In this document: positions 8,065-16,498 of the stretch, piece after piece | Layout: every line of letters begins with the position of its first letter | How positions within the stretch are numbered: position 1 is the first letter of the stretch | Made by a program: the position numbers and the translations under genes | From: an uncultured delta proteobacterium | GTDB lineage: Bacteria; Myxococcota_A; Polyangia; Polyangiales; Polyangiaceae | Assembly: GCA_963806225.1 (NCBI GenBank) | Contig: CAWDXG010000004.1 | Span: 3,680,001 to 3,744,000, forward strand | Direction: 5' to 3' | Length of the DNA stretch: 64,000 bases | Notes under the pieces: model-generated | The model's input: only the letters and a program-made list of their open reading frames with translations | Told to the model about the DNA's origin: nothing | Database searches by the model: none

Positions 8065-9630
8065 TCAGAACCGGAACCCGCCGTCCCCTTCTGCACTCGC
8101 CAGCCAGAGGAGAGCCGTGTTCGACTGGCGGCGGACGCCGAGGGCGCTGCCGCGCAGGGCGAGCTCGAAAAACAGCGCATCACCGACGCCGAGGCGGGCG
8201 GCAACGCCCACGCTGCCGCCCGCCGCCACCGCGCGGTAGTCCTGGTCGACCGGGTAGCCCAGCGGCCCCACCAGGCCCGCGTCACGGCGGCGCAGATCCT
8301 CGTCGATGAACATCAGCGTGGGGCCGAGCCCCACGCGCAGCTCGAACGGCGAGAGACTGACGACGCGGTCGAGCTCCAGCGTGCTGTCCAGGCTCACGAC
8401 GCGCACCTGGTTCGCGCCTTCAACGTGTCGGCCCATCGAGCCTGCCATGCGCAGGCCAAGCGCGAAGTCGCCGATTCGCCTGGACGCCCCGACGCCGAGG
8501 CGGGGCATCAGAGGGTCGAGCGTGCCCGTCACCGCGCCGGCGGAGACGAACACGTCGTTCGGACTGAGCACGAGCGTGCCGCCCTTGGCCGCGAGCTCCT
8601 CGATCGCGACGGGGCGGAAGTCCGCGTTGTGCAGCGTGCGCTTCTCGTGGCTTCCGAGGCTCAGGCGGACCGCCGCCGCGCCGGCCGCGCCGCGACGCTG
8701 GACCACGTACTGCCCCGGCGGCAGCGACACCACGGCGGGATGTGAGGGCACGGCCCAGAGCTCCGCGGCCACGGTCTTCGAGCCAGTCGCGTACACTAGG
8801 AAGTGCGTGTCGTGAGCGGGAGGCAGGGTCAGCGTGGCCGCCCGGCGGCTTTCGTAGGTGAGCACCAGCGGCGCGCTCTGGGCGAGCTCGTACGTCGCGG
8901 CCGGGCGCTGCAGCACGCCCGAGCCGCGCGCCGAGCGGTACAGCGTCTGGTGGTAGGCGAAGGACCACGCCTCGCTCAGCGTGACCCGGTGGTCGCGGTT
9001 CTCGTCGGCAGCGCCTCTCAAACCGTTGACGAAGAAGTGCGTGAACACGGCGCCGGACAGGGCGTCGGATTCCTGGGCGGCCTCGCCGTCAGCCGTCGCG
9101 TACAACCACACCGAGCCGGTCGCAGAGGGCGGGTTCACGGCGATCGAGAAGGGCGCGGCGGCGGAGACGCCCTTCTTCCGCATCGGATCCGCCGTGCGAC
9201 AGGCATCGACAATGACCAGCCGAAGGCCGGCGGGGATCTGCTGGACGCGACGCCGGACCTCGCCCAGGGGCACGGCTTCGCCCTGGAGGTCGAGGTGGGC
9301 GCGGTCGCCGTGCCCGCTGAAGTAGAAGATCAGCGTGACCTCGTCCGGCGGGTGCGTGCGTGCCGCGGCGCGGGCCCGATCGAGCGCAGCGAACAGGCTC
9401 TGCTTGGTGGCGTTCCGCACCAGGAAGGCGCGGCTCGCATCGACGCGCCCCTGGCTCACGAACACGTTGCGGACGCGCTCGGCGTCCTGGTTGGCGTGCT
9501 TGAGCACTCCCTGCTCGCTGAGCCCGTGCGACTCGCCGGCAGCGACCAGCACGCGGATCGGCGCCGCTCCGGCACTCGCGGCCCAAAGGCAGACGGCCAC
9601 GGCGGCGAACAGAGCTTTCAAGTGGGACAT
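8065..9630 (-). CDS. Exported caspase-family (peptidase C14) protein with C-terminal beta-barrel-like domain
   Basis: Start MSHLKALFAAVAVCLWAASAGA signal peptide; FYFSGHG (His), IVDAC (Cys), AQESD...FTHFF..GLRGAAD; ends GFRF. Confidence 0.85.
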   Translation of the reverse strand: MSHLKALFAAVAVCLWAASAGAAPIRVLVAAGESHGLSEQGVLKHANQDAERVRNVFVSQGRVDASRAFLVRNATKQSLFAALDRARAAARTHPPDEVTLIFYFSGHGDRAHLDLQGEAVPLGEVRRRVQQIPAGLRLVIVDACRTADPMRKKGVSAAAPFSIAVNPPSATGSVWLYATADGEAAQESDALSGAVFTHFFVNGLRGAADENRDHRVTLSEAWSFAYHQTLYRSARGSGVLQRPAATYELAQSAPLVLTYESRRAATLTLPPAHDTHFLVYATGSKTVAAELWAVPSHPAVVSLPPGQYVVQRRGAAGAAAVRLSLGSHEKRTLHNADFRPVAIEELAAKGGTLVLSPNDVFVSAGAVTGTLDPLMPRLGVGASRRIGDFALGLRMAGSMGRHVEGANQVRVVSLDSTLELDRVVSLSPFELRVGLGPTLMFIDEDLRRRDAGLVGPLGYPVDQDYRAVAAGGSVGVAARLGVGDALFFELALRGSALGVRRQSNTALLWLASAEGDGGFRF

Positions 9631-9659
9631 CGGAGGCTTGCGGTCGCAGGCGCCGCGGG

Positions 9660-10367
9660 TCAGGGGCGGGAAGCATAGCTCAGGGGCAGCGCTGTCACGC
9701 CCGAGAGCTGGCCGGTGGCCTGGGCGGCCCTGACCGCGTCCGGGCTGCCCACGATGACCCAGCCCGTGGTGGGTTCCGCGTCGAACTGCGCGGCCTTCTC
9801 GGAATAGTGAGTGCCCGCGTCGAGCTCGGCCGGCAGCAGCAGCGGCACGTAGTGGTGGTCGCGCGTGAGCACGCCGGCGGCGATAGGCGTGGACCGGGCA
9901 ACGCTGACCTCGACGCGCAACCGGTCTCCGGCGCGCACGACCACCGGCCCCGTGAAGCGGTGCTGCTCGCCCGCGTGCTCGACGACCACCGCGACCTGGG
10001 GCGGGCCCTTGAAGCGCAGGCCGCCGCCTGACGGAGCCGTCGCCGGCAAGACCGCAGATGTCCCGTCCCCGGCCGGCGGCGGCTTCCGTCCTATGAAGAG
10101 CATCACGGCTGCGGCGACCAGCAGAGGCGCCGCGACGATGGACGCCCAGCGCAGATAGCGGACGTTGGAGCCCGCCGGCTGCGCCTCGCGAAGCCGTTCG
10201 AGCCCGCGCTCCCGCTCCGGGCTCGAGCGCCACGCCCCGAGCTCCTCGCGGAGCGCATCCAGGTACTCGCGGCAGGCTTCGCAGTCGGCGACGTGCGCCT
10301 CGGCGTCGGGATCGGGATCGCCCGCGGCAAGCGCCTCCAGGCGGTGGCTGGGCGGATGCTCTGTCAT
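9660..10367 (-). CDS. Zinc-finger anti-sigma factor with TM helix and extracytoplasmic domain
   Basis: HVADCEAC (HxxxCxxC), TM WASIVAAPLLVAAAVMLFI; start overlaps the sigma stop. Confidence 0.8.
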   Translation of the reverse strand: MTEHPPSHRLEALAAGDPDPDAEAHVADCEACREYLDALREELGAWRSSPERERGLERLREAQPAGSNVRYLRWASIVAAPLLVAAAVMLFIGRKPPPAGDGTSAVLPATAPSGGGLRFKGPPQVAVVVEHAGEQHRFTGPVVVRAGDRLRVEVSVARSTPIAAGVLTRDHHYVPLLLPAELDAGTHYSEKAAQFDAEPTTGWVIVGSPDAVRAAQATGQLSGVTALPLSYASRP

Positions 10368-10885
10368 GGCGCCGCCTCGGGACTGGACTTGGGGGAAAGG
10401 AAAGCGCGCGCGGACTCGCGGATGGCCTGCAGGCGCTTGTTGACCGTAACGCGGGAGTAGCCGACCTCTTCTCCGATCTGGCTCTGGCTCATGCCGTCGA
10501 TGAACGACAGGATCGCGATGCGCTGGTCGACCTCGCCGAGTGTCCCGAGCGCTTTCAGCACGCTGTCGCGGGCTTCGATGTCGACATTGGGGTGCTCGGC
10601 GCGGCGGGCGGCAGGATCGTCGAGCGCCGCGGCAGTGCGAAGACGCTTGCCGCGGCGCAGTTGATCGATGCTCGAGCGGTCGACGACGGCGTGGAGCCAG
10701 CGCAATGGATGGTCGGCATTCCGGTATCCGGCTCCGCTCTTCATCAGCTTGACCAGTGCTTCGTGCACGGCATCCTCCGCCAGCGAGGCGTCGCGCGTGA
10801 TGAGCCACGCGCGACGCCTGAGGAAGCAGCCGTATCGCTCGTAGATGCGACCGACTTCTTCACGGCTGAGCCCGGTTTCCGTCAA
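10364..10885 (-). CDS. ECF RNA polymerase sigma factor
   Basis: AEDAVHEAL, WLHAVVDRSSID region 2; DGMSQSQIGEEVGYSRVTV region 4 HTH. Confidence 0.88.
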   Translation of the reverse strand: MTETGLSREEVGRIYERYGCFLRRRAWLITRDASLAEDAVHEALVKLMKSGAGYRNADHPLRWLHAVVDRSSIDQLRRGKRLRTAAALDDPAARRAEHPNVDIEARDSVLKALGTLGEVDQRIAILSFIDGMSQSQIGEEVGYSRVTVNKRLQAIRESARAFLSPKSSPEAAP

Positions 10886-10903
10886 GCAGCACCACTCCGG
10901 GTT

Positions 10904-11764
10904 CTACGGGCAGGGCCATCCGGTGGGGGAAGTGCCGGGCTGCTTCGAGTACACCGTCTCCACTAGCGTGTACTGCTTGTCGCACGGCTTATCGACGACG
11001 AGCGTCTGCTCGTTGTAGATGTACTGATCGGGGTTGGTCGGGTCGCACTGGAGGTTGGGATCGTCCGGCGCGGGGTAGGCGCCGTTCGGGCCGATGGTTC
11101 CGGCGGGAGCCACCTTGCCGGCACCTCCGCCGGACTCCGTCATGCCGTTCGCGCACATGTACATCTGTGCTTCGGGCGAGTCGTCCTCGGTCAGGAGGAG
11201 CCCGGTCGAGATCGGATCCCACACGAAGCCGTTGGTCTTCTCGTCGGGCGTGAGGATGTTGAAGCCGAGGCGCGGCACCACGCCGTTCTCGTCCTTCATC
11301 TTGTCGAAGCCGTTCGGCGCCGACTTGATGAACACGAGCTGATGGGTCTTGTCGATCCCGACGACGTGGTCGATGGCCTTCGTCGAGCTCTCGTCGAGCA
11401 GGTCGAGCTTGCCGTTCTTGTTGAGGTCCTGGTAGGCGACGAACCCGCCGATGGCCACCTCGGCGCCTCCGATGTCCTTCGTAGGCACGATGAAGCCAGC
11501 CGGCGGCGCGCTCTTCAAAGGAATGCTGAACGCTGCCGGGAACTCTGCCTTCACCGGCACGTCCACTGCGAGCGCGTGGGCCTGGCCGTTTTCCCAGATG
11601 ACAGCAACGTGCACGCCAGCGCCGCCCAGGGCCCCCGACTGGCTCTGGACCGAGCCGTGCAGCGTGACGAGGGTGGACTGGCCGCCTTCGTGGTCGGGAA
11701 GGCCGCCGCAGGCGGTGGCGGTAGCGAGCGTGAGCGCGGTGCAAGCAATAGCCAGGCGTTTCAT
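10904..11764 (-). CDS. Lipoprotein, hypothetical
   Basis: MKRLAIACTALTLATATAC lipobox, GGAGG RBS, DLNKNGKLD Ca-binding-like motif. Confidence 0.8.
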   Translation of the reverse strand: MKRLAIACTALTLATATACGGLPDHEGGQSTLVTLHGSVQSQSGALGGAGVHVAVIWENGQAHALAVDVPVKAEFPAAFSIPLKSAPPAGFIVPTKDIGGAEVAIGGFVAYQDLNKNGKLDLLDESSTKAIDHVVGIDKTHQLVFIKSAPNGFDKMKDENGVVPRLGFNILTPDEKTNGFVWDPISTGLLLTEDDSPEAQMYMCANGMTESGGGAGKVAPAGTIGPNGAYPAPDDPNLQCDPTNPDQYIYNEQTLVVDKPCDKQYTLVETVYSKQPGTSPTGWPCP

Positions 11765-11930
11765 GGGGTGATCCTCCAGGTCGAAGCAGCGCGGGGCTTT
11801 GGCCCGCGCCTTGGTGTCATGCAGGAGACGCTCGACCCCGCCCCGAGTGTAAACCTCCTGGGGAAAAAGTTCCGGCACGTCGCCGTTCGCCGTCAGCTGC
11901 CGCCCCGGGACGCCACGAGCAGACAGGCCC

Positions 11931-14574
11931 TCAGCGGCACATCGCAACCGAAGCCTCGACGGCGGCCTCCATCGCCTCGAAAAGCTTGTCGTCGTGCTTG
12001 CCCAGGGCGGGTCCGAGCCGCTGCAGGCTGGAGAACCCTTCCCTTGCGCGCGCGATCGCGCTGGCCTCCGCGTCGAGCTGTTCGGCGATCTGTTCCGCGA
12101 AACGCTTCATCGCGGCGTCGAGCGAGTCATCCAGCGCATCGAAGATCGTCTGGTACACGACCCCGCCCGAATCGTACAGGCGATCGGCAATCCGGCGCTC
12201 GGCTTCACCGATGGCAACGTCGAGCGACATGCCCGCCTGCCGCTTCAGCCGGGTCGCCGCGCGGATCATTGCCGCGAATGCGCCGATCGAGAGCCCTACG
12301 AGCGCGCCCACGGCCATATCGATCCGGGCGTCGGCGAGCACCCCCGACAGCGTCGGGGCAATCAGACGACCGGCGACCGCGCCGATCACGGCCCCTGCAA
12401 CCGACGCCGCCAACCGGACACGCCCGAGCCTGCTCGCCGCCGTCTCGACTGCGCCCAGCACGATGGCCTGCGTGGTGCTGTCGTCGCTGGCTTCCAGCCG
12501 CGGAATCAAGCTCTGCGATCCGCGCACGTCGGGAAGGGCCCGGTAGCGGCGACGGAGCTCCGCAAACAACTCCTGCGCCATGGTGGTCACGCGTTGCTCG
12601 ATCGAGGATTCGAGGGTCTTCTCTGCCGCCGTCCAGGCAGCAGGCAACCCGGCGTCCAGCTCGGTCTGCATCTGCCGCGCGGCATCCAACACCTCCCGCC
12701 GGCTGTGGGCGAGGGAGAGCACGTTCCGGCAATTGACGCGAAGTGCCTCGAGCGCGCCATGCGCCGTATCCGACGCTTCGCGCAGCGCCCCCGAGCGTGC
12801 CTCCGCGATGCGCGGTTCGGCCTCGGCGAGGGCGTCCATCTGGAACGCCTCCGGCGGCGGCGCCCGGTGCGTCTCGAGCTCCTCGACACGTTCGCCGTAC
12901 TTGGCGAGGGCGGCTTCCCGCACTGCGCCGAGCCCGGCAATGGCGTTCTGGATCGCCTTGGTGGCCCACGAGCCCACGACGATCGCGCGCTCTTGGTGCA
13001 ACAAGTGGAACAGTTTGTCGACTTCGCTCTTGAAGCGCCGCGCCAGCCCGCTGTCACCGTCCTCCAACGCGGCCCGAGCGGCGGTCGCCAGACTGAACAC
13101 CTCCTCGGGCGCGCGCTCGATCTCGCCGGCGAAGCGCAGAGTGCCGGCGCGCCTCGCCTTCTCCACTTCCGCCCACGGCTGGGGATTGCGTCGGCGCGCG
13201 GCCTCCATGAACACGCGGTCCATCTTCGTCAGGACCAGGAAGACGTGAGGCACGACCTCGCGCAGCTGCTGCAGGAAGCGCTTGGTAGCGCTGCCGACGG
13301 GGCGTTCGAGGTCCGAGGCCAGCACGCAGGCGTCGGCGCGCTCGCGGACCAGGCTCCAGATTCGAGCACTATCTCCAGGCGCGCCCTCCGTGAGCTCCGG
13401 GATGTCGACCAGCGCGATGTCTTCCGGAAGCAGGCTCGCAGGGAAATCGATCTCCAGCTCTCTCAGCTGCCTGCCGCCGCCCGCCCGGGCCAGCACCTCG
13501 ATCCGGCCTACGAACTGCGCTCGGCGCTCCTGGATATGGAGGTCAAGTGCCGCGCGAGCGTTGTCGAGCGCCGCGCGCGCTCGCTCCAGATTCGCCGAGC
13601 CCCGCGCACGCGCATCCTCGGCGTCGCTCGCTTCGGCGCGGCTCGCTTCGGCCGCGGCGCCGAGCGGCTCCAGCTCCGCCTCGAGTAACTGACACGCCTG
13701 CTCGTTGTCCTCCACGCGCTTCTTCATGCTCTCGAACGCGGCCAGAGCCGCGTCGCGCTCGCGAACCCCCTCTGCGTGGCGGCGCCAGCGGCTGGCGAAA
13801 AGCAGGGCGAACAGCGCACGCCACAGCCACAACCAGATCGCCCACCAGGCAAATCGCTCGCGGAGCGGGGCGGGGACGTTCCCGCCGTTCTCGGCGAGAT
13901 CGCGGCCCACGCGTTCCACCCTCAGTCCAGCTGCTTCGAGATCGGCGCCCAGCTGGACCGCATCCAGACGTTCTGCCTTCGAAGGTCGCCAGGGCTTCAC
14001 CCCATGCGTCCGCGGCGCGCCGGCTTTCTGCCGTCGCGCGCTCGATGTTCGACTCCAACGTCGCAGCGCTCGCCTGGGCCTGCTCCAGCGCCTCGGCGGC
14101 CGCCTCGATCGCCTTGTCGAGCTCCACGCGCCGATCGGGAACCTCGCTGGAGAACTGCTCGAGCCTGCTATCCGCGAGACGCGCCCGGAAGTCGATCGCG
14201 TCGCGGCAGCGCAGCACCACGATCGCCCGCGTGTTTCCGAGCGCCGCACCGAGTGCCGGCTCCCCCAGCAACGCGTCGAGGAACGTGCGCTTGCCCGACC
14301 CCGTCGCGCCGACAACGACGACGCTGAGCTCGGTGCGCTCCAGTCGCTGCTCGATGTCGTGTGCGGCGGACTCCACGCCGGCCGTCACTTCATCGCCCAG
14401 GAGCTCGCCGTGCTGCATCAGCTCCCGCAGCGTCTCGACCGCAGCGCTGACTTCGACAATCAGTGCGTCGCCGTAGACCCGGTGCGAGGACGGAGGGCGC
14501 GACTGGGACGACGCCGCAACTTGTAGCGATGCATCGGGCGAGTCCGCCCCCGGGACAGTAGCCCCCAACGCCAT
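11931..14574 (-). pseudogene. Dynamin-like GTPase family protein, frameshifted near 13980 (probably an assembly indel); start uncertain
   Basis: ORF 13543..14628 carries G1 VVVVGATGSGKR; ORF 11931..14315 carries ALVDIPE, FLVLTKMD and C-terminal hydrophobic helices; frames join by a 1-nt shift at ...TTCGAA-G-GCAGAACGT. Confidence 0.7.
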
Positions 14575-14776
14575 GACCGACAGGGTAGACCCACCAGCAG
14601 ACGGATGGCGGCTTTGAATTCGAGGCACGGCGCATGACGCGCCGCGCGACGCGGAGTTGGCTGAAACGTAGGCACTTCCACCACATTCACGTCAGCCGCG
14701 GCGGGCACCTGGAGGCGCTGGAGCTCGTCGGCGGACGGACAGCGTGCTCTCGCACTGGCGCTTGCCTCGTCGGGAT

Positions 14777-15637
14777 TCACGCCGGAGCGGGCAGCACCAG
14801 GAGCGAGCACGGGATGCGCCGCATGACGCGCTCGGCGGTGCCGCCGAGCAGCACGCGGCGCAGGCCGGTGCGGCCGCTGCGGCCGACCACCATCAGGTCG
14901 TACTCCTCGTCGTCGGCATGCGAGAGGAGCACCTCGGCGGGCAGCCCCCACTCGTAAAGGCGGGTCGGCTCGACGCCGCCGAGCTCGCGTTCTTCGATGA
15001 ACGCGTCCAGCTCCTGCTCGCGCTGCTCGCGATAGGCGGCAATCTCGCTCTCGATCTCGTGCTTGCTCATGCCCATCGGGTTGAAGTCGGGGCCGTGCAG
15101 CGCGCTGATCACCGTGAGCTTGCCGTCGAAGCGCTGACACACGCTGGCCGCGGCGGCGAGCGCGACGCCCGAGGCGGCGGACCCGTCCACGCCGCAAAGT
15201 ACGTCGAGCAGCGGCTCGTCCGGCTTCGGCTTGGCCACCCAGACGGGCTCCGCCGCGTGGCGCACTACGGACTCGGCAGTGCTGCCGATGAAGCGCCGTT
15301 CGATCCGCGACGCGTCCCCCGCTCCGATCATGACCAGCGAAGGGCGCATGCGGTCGGCGACGGTCACGATGACCTCGGCGGGATTGCCGCGCAGCACCGC
15401 TTCGGCGCGCGCGCGGATCCCGCTCTCCTCCAACCTGTTGGCCCAGCTCTCCAGTCGTTCCTGCTCCTGCTTCTCCACGAGGCCGGAAGAGAGCCAATCC
15501 TTCCAGAAGCCAGGCAGCGCGTGGACCAACACCACCTCGGCGTCGTAGCGACGCGCAACCTGCTCGAGCTCGGGCAGAGCCGCCTTGGCGGCCTCACCGA
15601 AGTCGGTGGCGAAGAGAATCGAGCGCACCTCGAACAT
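14777..15637 (-). CDS. Universal stress protein (tandem USP domains)
   Basis: ILFATDFG / VLCGVDGS starts, FIGSTAESVVR and LLGGTAERVMR motifs. Confidence 0.92.
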   Translation of the reverse strand: MFEVRSILFATDFGEAAKAALPELEQVARRYDAEVVLVHALPGFWKDWLSSGLVEKQEQERLESWANRLEESGIRARAEAVLRGNPAEVIVTVADRMRPSLVMIGAGDASRIERRFIGSTAESVVRHAAEPVWVAKPKPDEPLLDVLCGVDGSAASGVALAAAASVCQRFDGKLTVISALHGPDFNPMGMSKHEIESEIAAYREQREQELDAFIEERELGGVEPTRLYEWGLPAEVLLSHADDEEYDLMVVGRSGRTGLRRVLLGGTAERVMRRIPCSLLVLPAPA

Positions 15638-15697
15638 GCGCTGCGATTCTTGTCACAACCGGAGCACGCCCGCAGGCCGGCGTTATGCTGGTCACCG

Positions 15698-16162
15698 ATG
15701 GCACGGAAGAGCGCCGGTCTTCTGCTGTACCGGCTCCGCGAAGGGCAGCCCGAGGTGCTGCTGGTGCACCCGGGCGGCCCCTTCTGGAAGAACAAGGACG
15801 AGGGCGCATGGTCGATCCCCAAGGGGGAGGTCGAGCCGCACGAGGACCTGCTTGAAGCGGCGCTGCGCGAATTCGCTGAAGAAACGGGAGTCCGACCAGA
15901 AGGTCCGTTCGTTCCGCTCGACCCCGTGCAGCAGAAGGGCGGCAAGGTCGTCCACGCCTGGGCGGTCGAAGGCGATCTCGATCCAGGGGAGCTGACGAGC
16001 AACACGTTCGAGCTCGATTGGCCGCCCCGCTCGGGCCGGAGACAGCGCTTCCCCGAGGTCGACCGCGCCGCGTTCTTCGCGCCCGACGAGGCCGGCCGAC
16101 GCATCAATCCGGGGCAGGCCCCCCTGGTCGAGCAACTGCAGCGGCGCTTAGCACACAAGTAG
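15698..16162 (+). CDS. NUDIX hydrolase
   Basis: MARKSAGLLLYR...HPGGPFW...WSIPKGE...AALREFAEETG Nudix box. Confidence 0.9.
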   Translation: MARKSAGLLLYRLREGQPEVLLVHPGGPFWKNKDEGAWSIPKGEVEPHEDLLEAALREFAEETGVRPEGPFVPLDPVQQKGGKVVHAWAVEGDLDPGELTSNTFELDWPPRSGRRQRFPEVDRAAFFAPDEAGRRINPGQAPLVEQLQRRLAHK

Positions 16163-16284
16163 TTGACATCTATACATAAATTCCTTTTTTCAAAATTCCG
16201 GACCCAAGCGGAATACCCCCCCACAGGCGAGGGTTGAGCCGGGTGAGAGCGAAGGAGGCATCGGGAAGCTCATCGAAGGACTGT

Positions 16285-16474
16285 ATCGACGTTTCTTGCT
16301 GTGGCTCTCGCGCGCCGCTCCCGCGCGCCTCTCCTCCCCGAGCCACCCCAGCAGCAAGAGTGTCCAACCAAAAAAAAGGACACCGCGAGCAACGTGTGGG
16401 TAGGCCGGCGCGTCCTGCGCCCCGGCAAATGAAACGTCGATCGCCCCCCGGCATCCGCCGGGGGGCATTTTTTT
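16285..16474 (+). ncRNA. Candidate structured small RNA (multibranch), family not recognised; 5' end uncertain
   Basis: 11-bp closing stem 16285-16295/16431-16441 enclosing three hairpins, immediately followed by an intrinsic terminator; lies between convergent genes; AT-rich segment upstream. Confidence 0.65.
16443..16474 (+). terminator. Rho-independent terminator
   Basis: GCCCCCCGGC-ATCC-GCCGGGGGGC followed by ATTTTTTT. Confidence 0.9.
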
Positions 16475-16498
16475 GTCCGCAATCCTACGTAGGCGTGG

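Noticed and set aside
11820..11875. ECF promoter upstream of the lipoprotein-sigma cassette (GGAACTT or TTTACA-N17-CGTCT on the minus strand)
   Set aside because: Two competing, imperfect placements; cannot be assigned without the ECF group consensus
16163..16196. Canonical sigma70 promoter starting at TTGACA
   Set aside because: No acceptable -10 hexamer at 16-18 nt spacing (TTTTTC at N17); kept only as an AT-rich regulatory hint
16256..16270. Sigma54 promoter (AGGCATCGGGAAGCT) for the candidate RNA
   Set aside because: GG-to-GC spacing is 9 nt rather than the required 10, and the TT before GC is missing
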